Source of the DNA: Eremomyces bilateralis CBS 781.70
Lineage: Eukaryota
Assembly: GCA_010015585.1 (NCBI GenBank)
Contig: ML975154.1
Length of the DNA stretch: 64,000 bases
Direction: 5' to 3' (one strand)
The stretch's first letter is position 1. Every line of letters begins with the position of its first letter. Of this stretch, positions 25,755 to 39,990 are shown one piece after another. The notes under the pieces were generated by a model. The model did no database searches. It saw nothing but the letters and a program-made list of their open reading frames with translations, and was not told the DNA's origin. The position numbers were made by a program, and so were the translations under genes.

Positions 25755-28700
25755 GGCGGCCAGGGATAGGCTTGCGCTGCTTCGGTGCTGGGAAGGATGG
25801 GGTATGGGACGTCCACCGTTTGGGATATTAGAGAATAAAGAGATTCCTCGGGGAAGAGGAGACGGACTGATCTGCATAAGACGCAGGACATGTTGGTAGA
25901 CAGATCTCACCGAGCCAGTTTGGTTTATGAGCATTGAGCATTATATAAATGTGTATCTGTTGGTTTAATTTGCATACCTGGCTCTGATTTGTCTCCGTCT
26001 ACCATTTACCCTTTCCCTCGCCACGCACATATGATTCTCCGTATAGCAACCCATTAAGCTATCGTCACTCTACCGAGGTGTGGATGTTTCATGCACGAAC
26101 CTTTCGATCCAACTTTCACCACCTGGACTCCTGGAGGCTCTTCGAAGGATCAAGCCATCCACAATTCCTAATCCTTCCGTTAGAGCAGCCTAGCCATCCC
26201 GGATCCCGACTGGCCGGCACATTATCAATTCCAACCCGGTAGATTGTTGGTACTCTATAATCCACATCATCACGAAGCGACTTCAACTCCTCGCCGCATC
26301 TACTAACAGCTCCCCTGGGCCATCTCATCCGTGGCACTGGGTGGCGTGGCTATTGGTTACAATATGGTGAGATGATGGCTGGTTCTTAAGCGGATACGGA
26401 CGGTCGATCGGCACTTGTGGTAACGGGCGTATTCATCGTTGTAGATCAGTCGAATCAGATGTCGACTCGTCAGTCGTTTCCACTTCCGGCTTCAGCCCCT
26501 TCCGATGTCGATTCGCCCGGGAGGATCGGATTGCAAAACACTGACCATGCGTTCATTGTTGGTTTGTTTTTGTTGGAAAAAAAAGGTTTGGGGAAGGATG
26601 TCCTAACTCCTAGCGAGTTAAGGGGCGAGTCATGGGCGTTGACGACGGATGTGGACTGCGGGGACTGGAGAGATCATCGCCCACAAAAAAGAGGGATCAT
26701 TTGATCTTTCGCTCTGCTCTCGGCCCTTTTCTCTTGAATCTTGCTACTTAGTATCTGTCTAGGGTATCTAGTTCCTCTCAACTGTCATCGAATCCAGCGT
26801 TCAAGTCAGAAGAGGTTCATAAAGCCTCAGTATGAGTACAATTCGAGTCAATATATTGGATCAGAACTGTGTATTATATGCACGGCCCTGGATTCTATCA
26901 GGCGGAACAAGATGAGACCAATGGATACCCAGTAATATTGAACGAGCTGTTGGTTCTAATATCTCGGCACGTGGGATCCGCATAAACAATTAGGCCGTCA
27001 TCCTGAAGTTGAAGGTTGCCCAAGGAGGCTGATAGACGAAATAGGTTTTTAAGAATTCTCCCATCGCCAGCCAATTATCTCCCCAATATATCCCTTTTGG
27101 AGATTGTGCGCTCAGGATAAGTCTTTCACCGCAGAATGCGTCCAAATTCCCAAGCCGAATATGCATTCAGAGAAGGCTAGCATCGACAACTCAATTATCC
27201 AAACTGTCCATCTGCCGTGCCGAGTCTCATCATGAGACGACGGACGATAACGCCTCATGCACCATCGCTGCATCTCGAGCATGCATGCTGCAGCCCTAGC
27301 AAGCAACAAGCAACATTCTCCGGACCTTAGCGAAATGACCGGTGAAGGAGCATCTGAATTCTGAAGTGTTGCATGGGATGCGGCTCAAGGGGAGCGAAGC
27401 TGGAAGGTCAGAGGAATGAGGAGGGGGAGGGGCTGGCCTTTGTTCGTAGCTCCAGGTTGGATTTTGGGCTGTCAGGTTGCCTGATTCGTCAATGGTTTAT
27501 GCAAGACAATAGCCAGGGGCTGCCGCTCGAACCTCTCTACATCACCTTCAAATTACCATCTACGGCCTACGGGGAGCCTGGTGCGGGCAAGCTGCGGGCT
27601 GCCAGATGCTCGGATGTGAGACGGGCTCAAAAATTCGGGAATCCTCCCCCCGCTCCCTAACAGGTCGCTTGTACCTGGACTTATCGAAAACGAGGAGATC
27701 CCAACCGCCATAGCAAGCGATGCATCTCCATGCTCACGACGCCACGACGTCAATGTACCAATACCTGCTCTGATTGGCGACCCGAGGGAGTAGAAATGGC
27801 GGCACTCGCTCCCGTAGCGGGCAGTTTTACTTGGGTCCTCCGTCCTTGGGATTCCTCAGCGGATACTAATGGTATGGTGCCCATGGGATTTTCTGCGACA
27901 TGACCAATCTTCATCGTGGAGGGGGCATCGTCAACACGGAACTCATGGCATCAGCGTTGGGCTAGGCTGCAAAAGGAAAAGAGCAGGAGAAGCCGTGGAT
28001 GGTGGGAGGAGGGATGGATTCCTTCATCCCTTGTCGATGGCTTGGTGCTAAACCGTCGACGTGGATTCTTTGATGTCGCTGAGCTTGAAGGTGGTCCACG
28101 GCGCTTACGCTTCCCCATGATTGGTTTTCTGTCGTTTTCCTGCGAGGGTTAGGCTGCCGACCATGCGATTTTATGTCGCGTTATGAGCTTGATTCTGCTT
28201 GAGAGAAACAACGCTCCTGCTGATTGCTCAGTATTCACACCCCTCCAGTGTTTCGTCAGTTGGTGATCAGCGGGATCGGTCATTGGCGCAAAGAGTGATG
28301 TCCTGCGGGCTGCATGCTCCTCCAGGCCTCTGCCCACATCTGACTACACATCCGCTCTTCCATGTCGTGTCGTGCATGTTTTGTCAGAAGCCATAGTCAA
28401 TGAGGGATTGTGGGAGGTCGCACTGCATGAGTTTCGGTCGAACTCTCTCCACGTTGAGGCCCAGCAGAGGCACACGAAGGAGTAATCGAGGCTGCTTTGC
28501 CGAGCGAAGCCGCATCACGGTACAATCCAGATGGTGAGCGGGGATGTTGATGGATTGAGGCTCGATACTCAGTTGTTTTTCTGAGACTGGTCGATTGCAG
28601 TGTCCCTGTCTCGTCCCACGTCCCCAAGGCCAAGTCGATGCGACTCACGGGCCATCCCATGATTCCCATCCAACCTTGAACCTGAGTTAAGGACAAGCAA

Positions 28701-29520
28701 GCATCCGCCGATTCCTCTCCGATTTGTTCTTTTTCCCTCCGGCGATTGATCCGTTGTTGCTTTTGCATTTACGGGATACAGAGGTCGCGCCATTGTGCGG
28801 TGCAACTAATGTACCAAGACCGCGTCCTGTTTTCTATCCGGATTCCGACACGATTCATTACCCAAATATGACCTCGCCGTCCGCCATTTGATCCTCCTCA
28901 TCTCCTTGGGAGCCTCGCCGTCGAGGACTTTCATATTTACCTCGCCGTGTGCCTTCGCCAGTCCTTCTTAGGTGGCTCTTTAATTCTTGCCGTTGCACCA
29001 CCTTCTCACTTCCTCCGTCTTATCCTTAACTCTCAGCTCCTCAGCTTGAGCTTTCCGCCCCTCCTTGCCTCACATACATCGGAAGGCGAGCCAGGCTGAG
29101 TCGAGCGAGAGACCACCACTGCAGCCTGTTCATCCGACCGCGTCTGCCTTTGCTGTCTCGGGCATGATTATTCTTTGCTGGGTGTAGGAACAGCCTTGGT
29201 GCATATCTTCGTAACTGGCGCGCGGCGGATACATTTTGCGGCGTTGGATGCAACTGTCGGTTTTCACGGGTCAAGCAAGTGTCTGGACGTGCGGCACAGC
29301 ACCCACACACAGCTTCTGGGAAGAAAGCTGCCCAGAAGTTTTCTAAAAGACAGATAATCGGACCTAGCGACCTCTCGAAGAGGATGGCATTGACCGCTCC
29401 CCTCGTATGACTCTCTTCCCTGAATATATCCCTCTACTAAGTGGCATTGGGTGATTGAATGATCACTGCCGATTACCCTACTATCAATGACCATATGCTA
29501 ATATGATATGCTTCGTCTAG

Positions 29521-32139
29521 ATGCCAAGCCCAACCTTACAATCTGCTTTCTCGCCATATAGCGATTCGCCACAAAGTTCCCCGGCGACCTTCACGTCCGC
29601 TTTCAGTGCCATGCAAAGGTGCGTGTTGTGCCGCGTGAGGCGATCGACGACTTGCAGTCAGCCGCAATGAATTAGAGGGACGCAGACTGACGCGGCTTAA
29701 TGAATAGGTTTTCGAACGGCTCGGCTGGCAGTGGGTCTCAATTGAGCGTGGAATCCCCATATCCGGCTCATGTCGACCCGTCACCCGTGGATTCCCATGC
29801 CTCAAACTCGACGGAGACGACAGAAATAGAAAATGAAGACCAGACGGATCCGGAGCATGTGGAGGAGTTGAGATCTCCAGATATAGAAGTCATCAGTCCG
29901 CCTCCGACGGCAAGGTCTCCAGCTTCCGAAGTATATATTGATCTGTTCTTCTCCTCGAGCAGCACACTAACAGCTGGACCAAAAGCTTGCGAAAATCAAT
30001 ACGTCAATATCGATGCGGATGCGTTCCGACTCCGCAGAAGACGCACCGTTATCTGTCATCCACGTTCCACCGGGCTTCAGACAATTTGTGGTACGGGAAC
30101 CTACACGAGAGCTCTGTTTTTTCGCACTAGTAGCAACCCATCATGCTCATTCTATTTGTACAGGAGAACCCAAAATCGTCCCCCCCGCCATCAATTGGAA
30201 CGCCAAACAACCAAAAGCAGCAGCAGAGGACAAGATCCGCTTCGTCGCCATCGGAACAATCAGAGAATACGGTTGTGTCACCTGCTACACCGGAACGGAG
30301 CAAATTGCACGAGGACAGGGTTTGCTGCTCCCCCTTTGTATACTAAAATGAATATAGACTGACTTTGAATAGCGGCTCTCCTCTGGGATGATCACCACCC
30401 CGATCGATACAAACATCCCTCGGAAGAATGCCGACTTCGGTATTACCCCGCGAGCTTCAAGTGCAAAGGAAGTCGAGGAAGAGTGGAAGAGGAAACGGAA
30501 CAGCACAGGCTTAGAAGGTAGCAATTAGCCAATTACTATAAGAGAAGAGTTATTAACATTCATTCCAGACATTGCGGAACACGACGACCACGAGAAGGGT
30601 GATGAGGAAGAAGACGAGGAAGAAGAGGTTGAGGAACCAAACGTTCAATCAATGGGCCAAGCATTGCAAGATCTCAGCAATGTCGAAGAAGACGTTGGAA
30701 CGCTACGAGTTGCTCTGGTCGAGTGCTGGACACTATGCAACACGTTAGCGGGTCTCAGCTCCATCCACCGAGAACGCATGTTCAGTTTCGACAACACCGG
30801 ATCGGTTCAGGAGCAAGCATGGAAATCGTGCTGGCGGCTCTGTCAAAAATTGTACGACAGCTGGAATGAAGGTCAGGCCAGCCAAGTCGAACCCACGTTA
30901 GAGCTCTGCCGGGAATTCTGCCAGGCACTGTTCGAAGCAAGGCAGCGAGCCGACGAGAGTTCCGACTCGATCCTGAGGGTTAGCTTCGAGCTAAACAATC
31001 ACCTTTACAACACGAACGACCGAGCACTACCAGAGGCATTCCGGGAACGGACGTTGGATTTTTACCTCACCATGTGCCATCGACTGATGAAGCAACGAAC
31101 GAGTCTGCCAGAGGAAACCGATTCCCTCCTTCGTGCATGCTGGTCGCTGGCCGAGATGCTCTTCAGCCTACGTCAGAGCAACCGCGACGGCAAACCTGCG
31201 GACGAAGAACTCATGTGTTCCGCCGTCCAAGCCTGCTGGGAACTCTGTGACCTGTTCCGCGAAGGCTGGACGCAGGTCCGTCCGGAACGAGGCACCCCGC
31301 GACCCGTTCAGCGTGTCTTTCCTCCGTTCTCCAACTCCAGCCAAAAGAACGGTGGAAGCAACCCACCGTCAATCTACGCCCCCAGCCAAATCCCCAGCCG
31401 TCCCGAGAGCTCCATGTCGCTTACCGACTCTTTCCGCAAGATGCCTAACCCCGAAACCCCCACGACTATCTTTGACGAGCCCACCGATATTTCCCCCGAA
31501 GAGCCCGAAATTCCCAACATCATGGTGCTAGGCCCGGAGATGAACAATATCCGTTCCCCAACGGCCAACACACGCTGGTCCAGCTCCGCCGCCTCGTCGT
31601 CTTCCCGCTCCTCCCTCTCCGATGCGTCCCACCGCACCCTTTCCGCCACCGGCGTTCCCATCAACTCCTCCGCATCCAGCACCCCCATCCCTCCCGCCGA
31701 AGTCGAAGACCCACATCTGACTCGTCTAAAAGTCCTGATCCTCAAAGCCGCGCTGAATAGCGGCTACACTCCATACGCCCGCGTCCCCACCGGCGTCTCG
31801 TCCACAAACTCCAACTCCTCGTCCACCGCCACCCATTCGACTAGCCTTTCCCTCCTCACCTTCGTCAAATCCCTCCCCACCACCACCTTCGGATCCGCGC
31901 CCTGGCAGCTCAAGTTGTTGGAGCAATACAAGCGACTCGTGCTGACGGATCCGACCCTGCGGGCGCGGGAAAACCTGCCGTTCGGGAGGCGGATGTCCGC
32001 TGCGGAGATCGCGCGCGCCGTACAGTGGATGGCCCGGGCAGAGGGGTTCAGCTGGCTGAGGGATTTGTTCCGGCTCGTTTGCGGGTTTTTTCCCGAGGAT
32101 GGGACGGGGGCGGCGGGGAAGGGGTGGGTGGTCACGTAG
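29521..32139 (+). CDS. Fungal hypothetical protein (disordered Ser/Pro-rich N-terminus, helical Cys/Trp-rich core)
   Basis: Large last exon (LVECWTLCNTLAGLS, AVQACWELCDLFREGWTQVRP). ATG 29521 with intron about 29619-29707 joins in frame to ORF 29700; several further short introns. Exon model approximate. Confidence 0.7.
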
Positions 32140-33194
32140 GCGAGGGTTTTTTGCTGCGAACTTCCTTCGATGCGTAGCCACGGACTACATTGCCATGCAT
32201 TTCCGATCTGTCATTATCTGTTCCCTCGTTTCGGTCGACTTCTGCTGTCTCGTGATTTCACGACGCACTATACCCATTTTCCACTTTCGCTATTTGCATG
32301 ATATTTGCGGAACTACTATCCTTTACTTAATGTCTTGGTCTGCATGGCGCCATTTGGTTACGAGGCGCATCTTGGAGTGAAAAGGAGTCGGGGCCTGTTT
32401 CGAGACAGACGACTCAGTGAGATACTATCCAAGCATGGTTCCTGAAGGGAGCAAGGTTCCCTTCTTAGCATTGAAATGGGCGGCACATTGCATTGTTATG
32501 AAAGCTGATAGGGATACACAGAGCGAATGTATGGTGCATGGTTTGAACGGAATCCTGGAAGTCTGGTGGTGGGTTTGATATTACTACGGGTATGCTAGAG
32601 GCCTGACAATGAATTCACCTACCTCAGTCATCAGGGGCAGGGGGGTGAACAACGACAAGTATCATTTGTAGACTGTATACTGCTTGCATGTGGTTGAAGC
32701 AATTTGATAGCCCTTACTGATGATTTTCGTCCTCATTCTAGCTGAATCTGAGCAAGTAGCCTATGGTAATACAATTCCCCTGTATCTTGTTGTTTACGAC
32801 AGCTTGGAAGCGTTTCATCCCATTCCAGTTATGGAGCTTCAGGGTCCAGCTCCACATCCAGGAATCACGGACATCTCGACTCGAGTTCCAACCAGCGATA
32901 AATCTCCAGAACTCAGCATCACCGTACTCCACCAATAGACTTACATACTACTTCATATCCTCGTAGACATTTAGAGCCTACACCTACGCACGCATAGGAT
33001 GGAGTAGCACTTCTATGCTCAGCGGGCTCCAGAGCTGCATTCACCTTGCGCCGTCTGTTTACCAACAATAGCATTGCTGACAGGTCACATCTTCCATCCT
33101 TTCAACCTCTTTCCTCAGGACAGGTCCCGACCCTCCATAATGAATAGATACTCAGCTATTCCACCTATCCAAGGAACCGGTCAAAGTTGCAAGC

Positions 33195-35750
33195 ATGGCG
33201 AAGCTGCGGAGTGCCAGGAAGAAGCCGACTCGAGTCGTATTGTCGGACGACGACAACAATAGTGACGATTATGTTGAAACACCAGCACCGAAAAAGAAGG
33301 CAACTTCTAGAAAGCCCCCGCCGAAACCCTCGAGTTCGATCCTCTCGCAGCTAAAGGACGCTCCCAACAAACACAATGGATTGTCTTCGTCACAGCAACT
33401 TCCATCTCGAAGTCGCAATGGTACCACCTCGATCTCGCCTCGAAAGAGGAAGACAACCGCTGCATCCACCGAGTCCCCGAGTAAGAACCAGAAGATCTCG
33501 TCGTTCTTCACCGCCGCACCTTCCACCCAATCCACGCGAACCTTACAAACAAACGGAGACCACCGTTCCCTACCATCCAACATATCAGCAAAGGAAGACG
33601 AAATCGAAGACATCGAGGATGATTCGCCAACAGAAGACTCACAATCGCGGAAGCAATCCTCATTTTCGTCCACACAGTCCGGGGCGAAGAGGAAAAGAGA
33701 TTCTGTGGATGCTATTCCTGGGGAGGGTTTGCGGAGGGCTAGCCACAAGTTCCTCAAGACAAACCCCATCCCACCACAGAATCCCAGCCGAATTGAAGAC
33801 GGTAGGCCATGGACAGAGCGATTTGGGCCTATATCCATCGATGAACTTGCAGTTCATGTGAAGAAAGTCAAGGATATCCGGTCATGGCTCGAGAATGTTT
33901 ACACCGGGCGGGAGAGGCGGCGCTTCCTGGTGCTTAAAGGGCCCGCCGGGGCAGGGAAGACTACGACGATAAGCCTACTGGCGAAGGAGCTTGGGATAGA
34001 AATAACAGAGTGGAGAAACCAGGAGGCCATGGAAACCTCCGAAGGATTCGTGTCGATGGGCGCAAAATTTGACGAGTTCCTAAGGATGGCGGGCAAGTTT
34101 GGCAGCCTTGCTCTATCAGACGGGTCAGGAACGGTCGTATCGCAATCAAATCCGAAGAATGAATCCACGAGGAAGGCAATTCTGCTGGAAGAGTTCCCAA
34201 CTATCACCTCCCGATCGTCGACATCACAAGGGTTTCGCAATGTCGTCCTCCAATTCCTCGCACAGAACACTCCATCAATGGGCGAGTTATTCTCGAACAC
34301 TGCCTCTCTCCCACCACCAATTCCCGTAATCCTGATCATCACCGAAAGCCTCCTCGCTAGCGCATCATCTTCAGCTGACAACTTCACGGCTCACCGACTG
34401 CTTGGGCAAGAGATCCTTTCTCATCCAGGGGTTACCGTCATAGAGTTCAACCCCATAGCACCGACATACATGTCCAAGGCACTGGAACTGATCATCCGAA
34501 AGGAAGCGCGAAAGTCCGGACGGCGGCGGGCCCCTGGGGTAGCAGTGCTGAAGCATCTATCCACCATTGGCGATATCCGGAGCGCCGTGTCATCGTTGCA
34601 TTTCCTCGCCTTGCGTCCCGATGATGAAAAGAATTGGAGTGGAAGGGTCACCTTCACGACGAAGAAACGTGGTGCGGTTGCCCCGGAGATCACGGCAATG
34701 GAAAGGGAATCGCTCGAATTAATCACGCAACGTGAGAATACACTAAACATCTTCCACGCAGTCGGAAAAGTCGTCCATAACAAACGCGATGACCCGCCAC
34801 CTGGCACCATCATCCCCCAACCGCCAAACTGGTTCTCCCAGCACTGGCGCTACAAAACCCCCCAAAACAACGTCGATGACATCCTCAACGAACTGGGAAC
34901 CGACATCTCAACCTTTATTGCCGCTCTCCATGAAAACTACGTTCTCTCCTGCAGCGACACCGACACCGAAGCCACCCTGGACTCCGTATGCGGCTGCCTC
35001 GACGCCCTTTCCGATGCCGATTCAATCTCACCCGAAGGGTTCGGCGTCCGTCGTCGGCGATTCCAGGGCGGATCGGTCGATGAGCTACGGCAGGATGAGA
35101 TGTCCTTCCACCTTGCAGTGAGGGGATTGTTGTTTAACTTACCGAACCCAGTGAAGCGGCTTCCGCCTCCGAATGCGTCTATAGCGACCGGGACAGGGTC
35201 GCGGACGGACGCATTTAAGATGTTTTACCCCGCAAGTGCGAGGGTGTGGAGAAAACAGGAGGAGATTGGTGCGGTGCTGGATTTGGTGGCGACGGAGGCG
35301 ATGAAAGGGCGACTTGCCGCCGACTCCGGGGCGATGGCTTCACGGCCGAAGTTCAAAGAGACGGGAGTCGCAGCGTGGAATCGTGCGGCGACATCTCGAC
35401 GGCCTCCGATCCAAGCAGAGCACTCAGATGGAACGCAGAGTGACCGGACAGAGGACGCCGCCGTTCTGAAGAGTGTCTCAAAAGGAGAGCTCTTACTTGA
35501 GATCTTGCCCTACCTCGCCGCAATCCGTGGCAAAACGCGTGGTGCTTTCCACGACAGCATATGGAAACATGTTGAAAATTTGACGAAGATCCGGCATGAG
35601 GAAGTACAGGTGGACGAAGAGACTGACGACGAGGATATTGGCGAGGGCCCAGGAAACGCCGTCGGGACGAAGCTCAAACGGAGCAAGGAGCCGGTCGAGG
35701 AGATGGCTGAGGAGAAATTGTTCCTCAGCGATGATGACATCGAGGATTGA
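33195..35750 (+). CDS. RAD17: Checkpoint clamp loader Rad17 (S. cerevisiae Rad24)
   Basis: PWTERFGP..LAVHVKKV, Walker A GPAGAGKT, ILLEEFP, IEFNPIA, GDIRSA, IFHAVGKVVHNKR, LHENY, C-terminal LSDDDIED. Confidence 0.93.
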   Translation: MAKLRSARKKPTRVVLSDDDNNSDDYVETPAPKKKATSRKPPPKPSSSILSQLKDAPNKHNGLSSSQQLPSRSRNGTTSISPRKRKTTAASTESPSKNQKISSFFTAAPSTQSTRTLQTNGDHRSLPSNISAKEDEIEDIEDDSPTEDSQSRKQSSFSSTQSGAKRKRDSVDAIPGEGLRRASHKFLKTNPIPPQNPSRIEDGRPWTERFGPISIDELAVHVKKVKDIRSWLENVYTGRERRRFLVLKGPAGAGKTTTISLLAKELGIEITEWRNQEAMETSEGFVSMGAKFDEFLRMAGKFGSLALSDGSGTVVSQSNPKNESTRKAILLEEFPTITSRSSTSQGFRNVVLQFLAQNTPSMGELFSNTASLPPPIPVILIITESLLASASSSADNFTAHRLLGQEILSHPGVTVIEFNPIAPTYMSKALELIIRKEARKSGRRRAPGVAVLKHLSTIGDIRSAVSSLHFLALRPDDEKNWSGRVTFTTKKRGAVAPEITAMERESLELITQRENTLNIFHAVGKVVHNKRDDPPPGTIIPQPPNWFSQHWRYKTPQNNVDDILNELGTDISTFIAALHENYVLSCSDTDTEATLDSVCGCLDALSDADSISPEGFGVRRRRFQGGSVDELRQDEMSFHLAVRGLLFNLPNPVKRLPPPNASIATGTGSRTDAFKMFYPASARVWRKQEEIGAVLDLVATEAMKGRLAADSGAMASRPKFKETGVAAWNRAATSRRPPIQAEHSDGTQSDRTEDAAVLKSVSKGELLLEILPYLAAIRGKTRGAFHDSIWKHVENLTKIRHEEVQVDEETDDEDIGEGPGNAVGTKLKRSKEPVEEMAEEKLFLSDDDIED

Positions 35751-35953
35751 CGGATGTTAATCTTGGATGCATGTTTCGGAGTTTAACCTCAATATGCCGG
35801 TGTTTGTGCACGGTATGGAATCGGGATGCTCTTGGAGTTTTCATCAAACATTATGAGCACTTGACTACGGTGCCATGGTAACTACCGTACGTACAGAACG
35901 AACCCTGTGCAAATCCAACAGTGGTACATAGAGAACTGTTCCGTCGAGTCAAC

Positions 35954-36770
35954 TCATCTGCCTTGCAGCCCAGCCTCAGTAGCAGCAATAGCAGCCGCCG
36001 CTGCAGCTGCCTTCTTCTTCTTGCTCTCATCGATACACTCGATATTATCCTCGGGCACACCTTTATACGTCTTCACAATGTATTCCAACAGCCCTTCCGT
36101 CAAGTCCCCCTGCACCGTGATCTCCTCTCCACCCGCCGCCATCTTCGTCACGCTCGACCCCGTCGCGAATTTCTTCCCCAAGTCCTTGGCCACCTTCTTC
36201 AACTCCAGCCCATGCTCCTCTAGCCCCGCAACCGCGGTCACATATTTCCTCTTGTTCCGCTCCACTCGCTTAATGTACACCTTCGCGGCGGCCTTCTTCT
36301 CCACCTCTTTCGCCTCCGCCGTGGCGGCTTTGGCGGCTTTCTTCTGGGCGTCTTTCTCGGCACGTTTTTGGGCGTCGAGGGAGAGGGTAGAGAGGTTGGC
36401 TTCGATTGCGGCTGGGCGGTATCCGTCAGCGCTGGTTTCGGATTAGGAGCAACTCGGACGGCAGGGAGGCGTACCTTCGGAATATAACTCTCCGTGGAGG
36501 CTAGGATGGTGTTTCTTCAGCCATTCCTCGCATTTCTTCGTCGTCCCGCCGAACTCGCAGTACTAGGAGGGGCATGTCAGGAATCGGCCCGCAGCAACGA
36601 TCCCGCGATGGGGATCTCACCTACTTCTGGGGGTAACGAGCAGACTGGACATAGTTAGCACAAGTCCAGATTCAACAGTTATACTAGGACATGTCTTTCG
36701 CACCTCCGCAGTACACGACCACCTTCGACTGTGGGATGGATTCCGCGCCAGCTACGCCATTGTCGCCCAT
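35954..36770 (-). CDS. TMA22: Translation machinery-associated protein 22 / DENR (SUI1 domain)
   Basis: Spliced VVYCGVCSLPPEYCEFG zinc site (includes a micro-exon), KRVERNKRKYVT, KKFATGSSVTK, IxVQGD. Confidence 0.9.
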
Positions 36771-37329
36771 CACGGAAGGATCTGGAACGTATTGGGTAAT
36801 CTGGTGGTTCTAGAGTTAGACGTGAGGCTCAAGATCGATTTCCGCTTCGAGTTTCGATTGAATGACCCGTTCAAGGACCGAGATAGTAGAACTTGGAGTA
36901 GATATTCCCCGCATGCATTACACGCACACACTGCAGCTTCAAATGAGGGCAGAATTTCCCCACCATCATAAGGCCATAAGGACACAAGGCGGCAACTACG
37001 TATATGCTTCTGTTGTTCAACTCGGCCTTACCGGTAATTCTGGTCATCAGAGTCTTATTGGACTCCGATTATATCGACCAGACCGGGATGCAATACTTTC
37101 GGATGGGACTCGGATCCTTGACTGGCCGAGATCATGTAAAGTGTCCAAAAGGACGGACACCAAACACACCTGACTGATGATCAAAGCAATACCTGGGCAA
37201 TTGCATCGGGGGACCTCGGCATGATGGACGGGTAACAATAGCCCATCCTTACATGACCAGAGATTCAACCTTCTTCGGTTTCACGGATTGCGTGTCAGTA
37301 CAACTTAGGTACATAGTATCATACGAAAG

Positions 37330-38614
37330 ATGGCTGGTGCAGTTCGCCAACCCATCGATGTGGCCTCCTTGGAGCGCTTCGTCGCATCCAACGTGCCGGA
37401 AATCCAGGTCCCATTGGAGGTGAAGCAGGTGAGATACCAGGTCCCGAATTAAACGACGTAGAAGTTCATCTTCGCTAACATTCAAGTGCAGTTTGGCTAT
37501 GGACAATCCAATCCAACCTACCAGCTCATCGACAAAACCGGGAAGAAGTTCGTGTTGAGGAAGAAGCCTCCGGGACAGCTGCTTTCGAAGACCGCGCATA
37601 AGGTGGACCGAGAGTATCGGATCATTCACGCTCTGGAGAATACCGACGTGCCGGTGCCGAAAGCGTATTGCCTATGCGAAGATGACAGTGTCATTGGCAC
37701 CGCTTTCTACATCATGGAGTTCCTGGATGGGAGGATCTTCGAGGATCCGGCGATTCCAGGCGTAACGCCTGAGGAAAGGAAGGAAATGTAATACTTGAGC
37801 CCCGATAATTTACCTATTAAACCGGACAGTATCTGACTTCTCTTCTTAGGTGGCACGACGCCATCCGCGCCCTTGCCAAGTTCCACCGCGTCAGCCCGAA
37901 GAGCGTCGGATTGGAGAGCTACGGCAAGCCCAGCGGCTTCTACACCCGCCAACTGGCCACGTTCGCGACCATCTCCGAAGCGCAGGCGCAAGCCATCGAT
38001 GTGGAGACGAAAGTTCCGGTCGGCAAGATCCCTCACTACGACGACATGGTGGCCTTCTTCTCCAACCCGAAGACGCAGCCTAAGGACCGGAGTTCGTTCG
38101 TCCACGGCGACTATAAAATCGACAACGTCGTCTTCCACAAGACCGAGCCACGGATCATCGGGATCTTAGAGTAAGTCGAATCCTCTCTGCCTGTGTTGAA
38201 CTCGGATTGACGGTTCATAGCTGGGAAATGTCCACCGTCGGCCACCCACTCTCCGACCTGGCCAACCTCATCACCCCCTTCACCACTGCCAGCTCCCAAA
38301 AGGCCATTGAAATCGGCCGTGGCAGTCCGAAATTCCAGCCCGGCAAAACGCCCGGCCTCCCCACCAAGCAGGAGTGCATCAACTGGTATACGGAGGTCGC
38401 GGGATGGAATCCGGCCTCGGAAATCACCTGGGGCGACGCGTTTGGCATCTACCGCGGCTCCATCATCATGCAGGGGATTGCCGCGCGGTATGCGTTGCGG
38501 CAGGCTAGCAGTGCGCAGGCGAGCGAGTATGGGAAGCAGATGAAGCCGTTTGCGGAAGTGGCTTGGAGTTTGGTGGAGGAGGCGAAGGGTCAAGCGTCGA
38601 AGAGCAAGTTATAG
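37330..38614 (+). CDS. APH/choline-kinase-like phosphotransferase (ACAD10/11 N-terminal-like) with PTS1
   Basis: [47 protein letters not shown]-terminal SKL. Three introns. Confidence 0.88.
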
Positions 38615-39078
38615 GTTCCTCATGGTGTCGTAGATTGTATGTAGCGATTCTCGTGGAGGTTCGGGTGGAATTTGTAAAATCTGGCCTTCCCTATAGCCAT
38701 AAATATATCTGGTATCGTCTATGTTTCAGCCAACTCGGAGAACTCCTGGCTATTCAAGTCTATTATGTTCAGGAAATAATAGAATGTCCACAATCCATAA
38801 ATACAATATCAAAAGCTGCATCATTGAAATCCAGGCCGAACTGGAAGATCTTCAGATCAACAACAAAGGGTGGGGTAACTTGGGGGTACGCCAACAGGGA
38901 TCGAGTCGCGCAAAATGACGGAACGCATCTTACATTTCTTCTCAACAGGTCCTCAATGCAGAGTAGCCCCCAAGCCGGCAATAATAATACCGAGTGAATG
39001 ACCTATGTCATAGGAGGAGACATCCCCTTTAATCCAACTTACCCCTCCCGCTTCGAAAACATATCAAACCTTTTCAAA

Positions 39079-39629
39079 ATGGCCCAAGCCGCAACTGCTC
39101 CCACCGCCACCGGCGACTCATCATTAGAGAGACTATCCAGCCGGTACCGTGGGGTAAGTATAACAGTCAATGTATATCCTCGATAATAAGGCTAACATGT
39201 ATAAAGGCGACAGTAGAGGATCTGGAACCCCCCGCCGCCCTCTCCGTTAGCCCCTCCGACCCCATCTCCCACGCCCTCATGAACGCCTTCGAACGCGACT
39301 ACACCCACCTCACCGTCGTCTCCCAAGAAAACCGCGCCCTCCTCGGCTACCTCAGCATCCCCCGCCTCAAGGACCAGCTCCAGCACGGCAAGGTCCAGGA
39401 GACCGACGCGGTGGAGCAGGCGATGACGCGGTTCCGACGGAAGGGTAAGGTGTATAAGGTCATTACGATGGACACGCCGCTGGAGGAGCTGCAGGGATTC
39501 TTCGAGGGGGGTGCGGACGGACGGACACCGGAGGATTTCGCGGTGGTGACGGATGGGGGGAGGCGGTTCGTGTTGGGGGTGGCGACGAAGGAGGATTTGG
39601 AGGATTTTCTGAGGAGGAGACCAGCGTGA
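39079..39629 (+). CDS. Small CBS-domain protein
   Basis: Intron about 39154-39206. YRGATVEDLEPPAALS, ERDYTHLTVV, FAVVTDGGRRFVLGVATKEDLEDF. Confidence 0.75.
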
Positions 39630-39990
39630 GAGATGGGATGGGATAGATGCATGTGTCAGGTTCTTGCTCTTACCTGCTCGGAGTCAGGGCGTTGGTTGTT
39701 CATCCATATTTTATCATTCAACATGCATGCTACAGGGAACCTTCTGTACAATAATTCGCATCCGTCGAATTGGTTGACAGGAAGCGGACTGGGGTGTTGG
39801 TTGTTTTATCTCTAAGCTTGGCTTTGCCTGCATCTGGTGGACGATACCATATGACCCCGGTCTCGAATAATGAAACTATCTCAAGCATTTCCCATCTTCA
39901 ATTGTCAATGATATATCTAGACAACTTTTATCCGCGGTGTAATGTACCCGCTATCATTCATTATCCCATGCTAGATATTGTAATTCCAGG

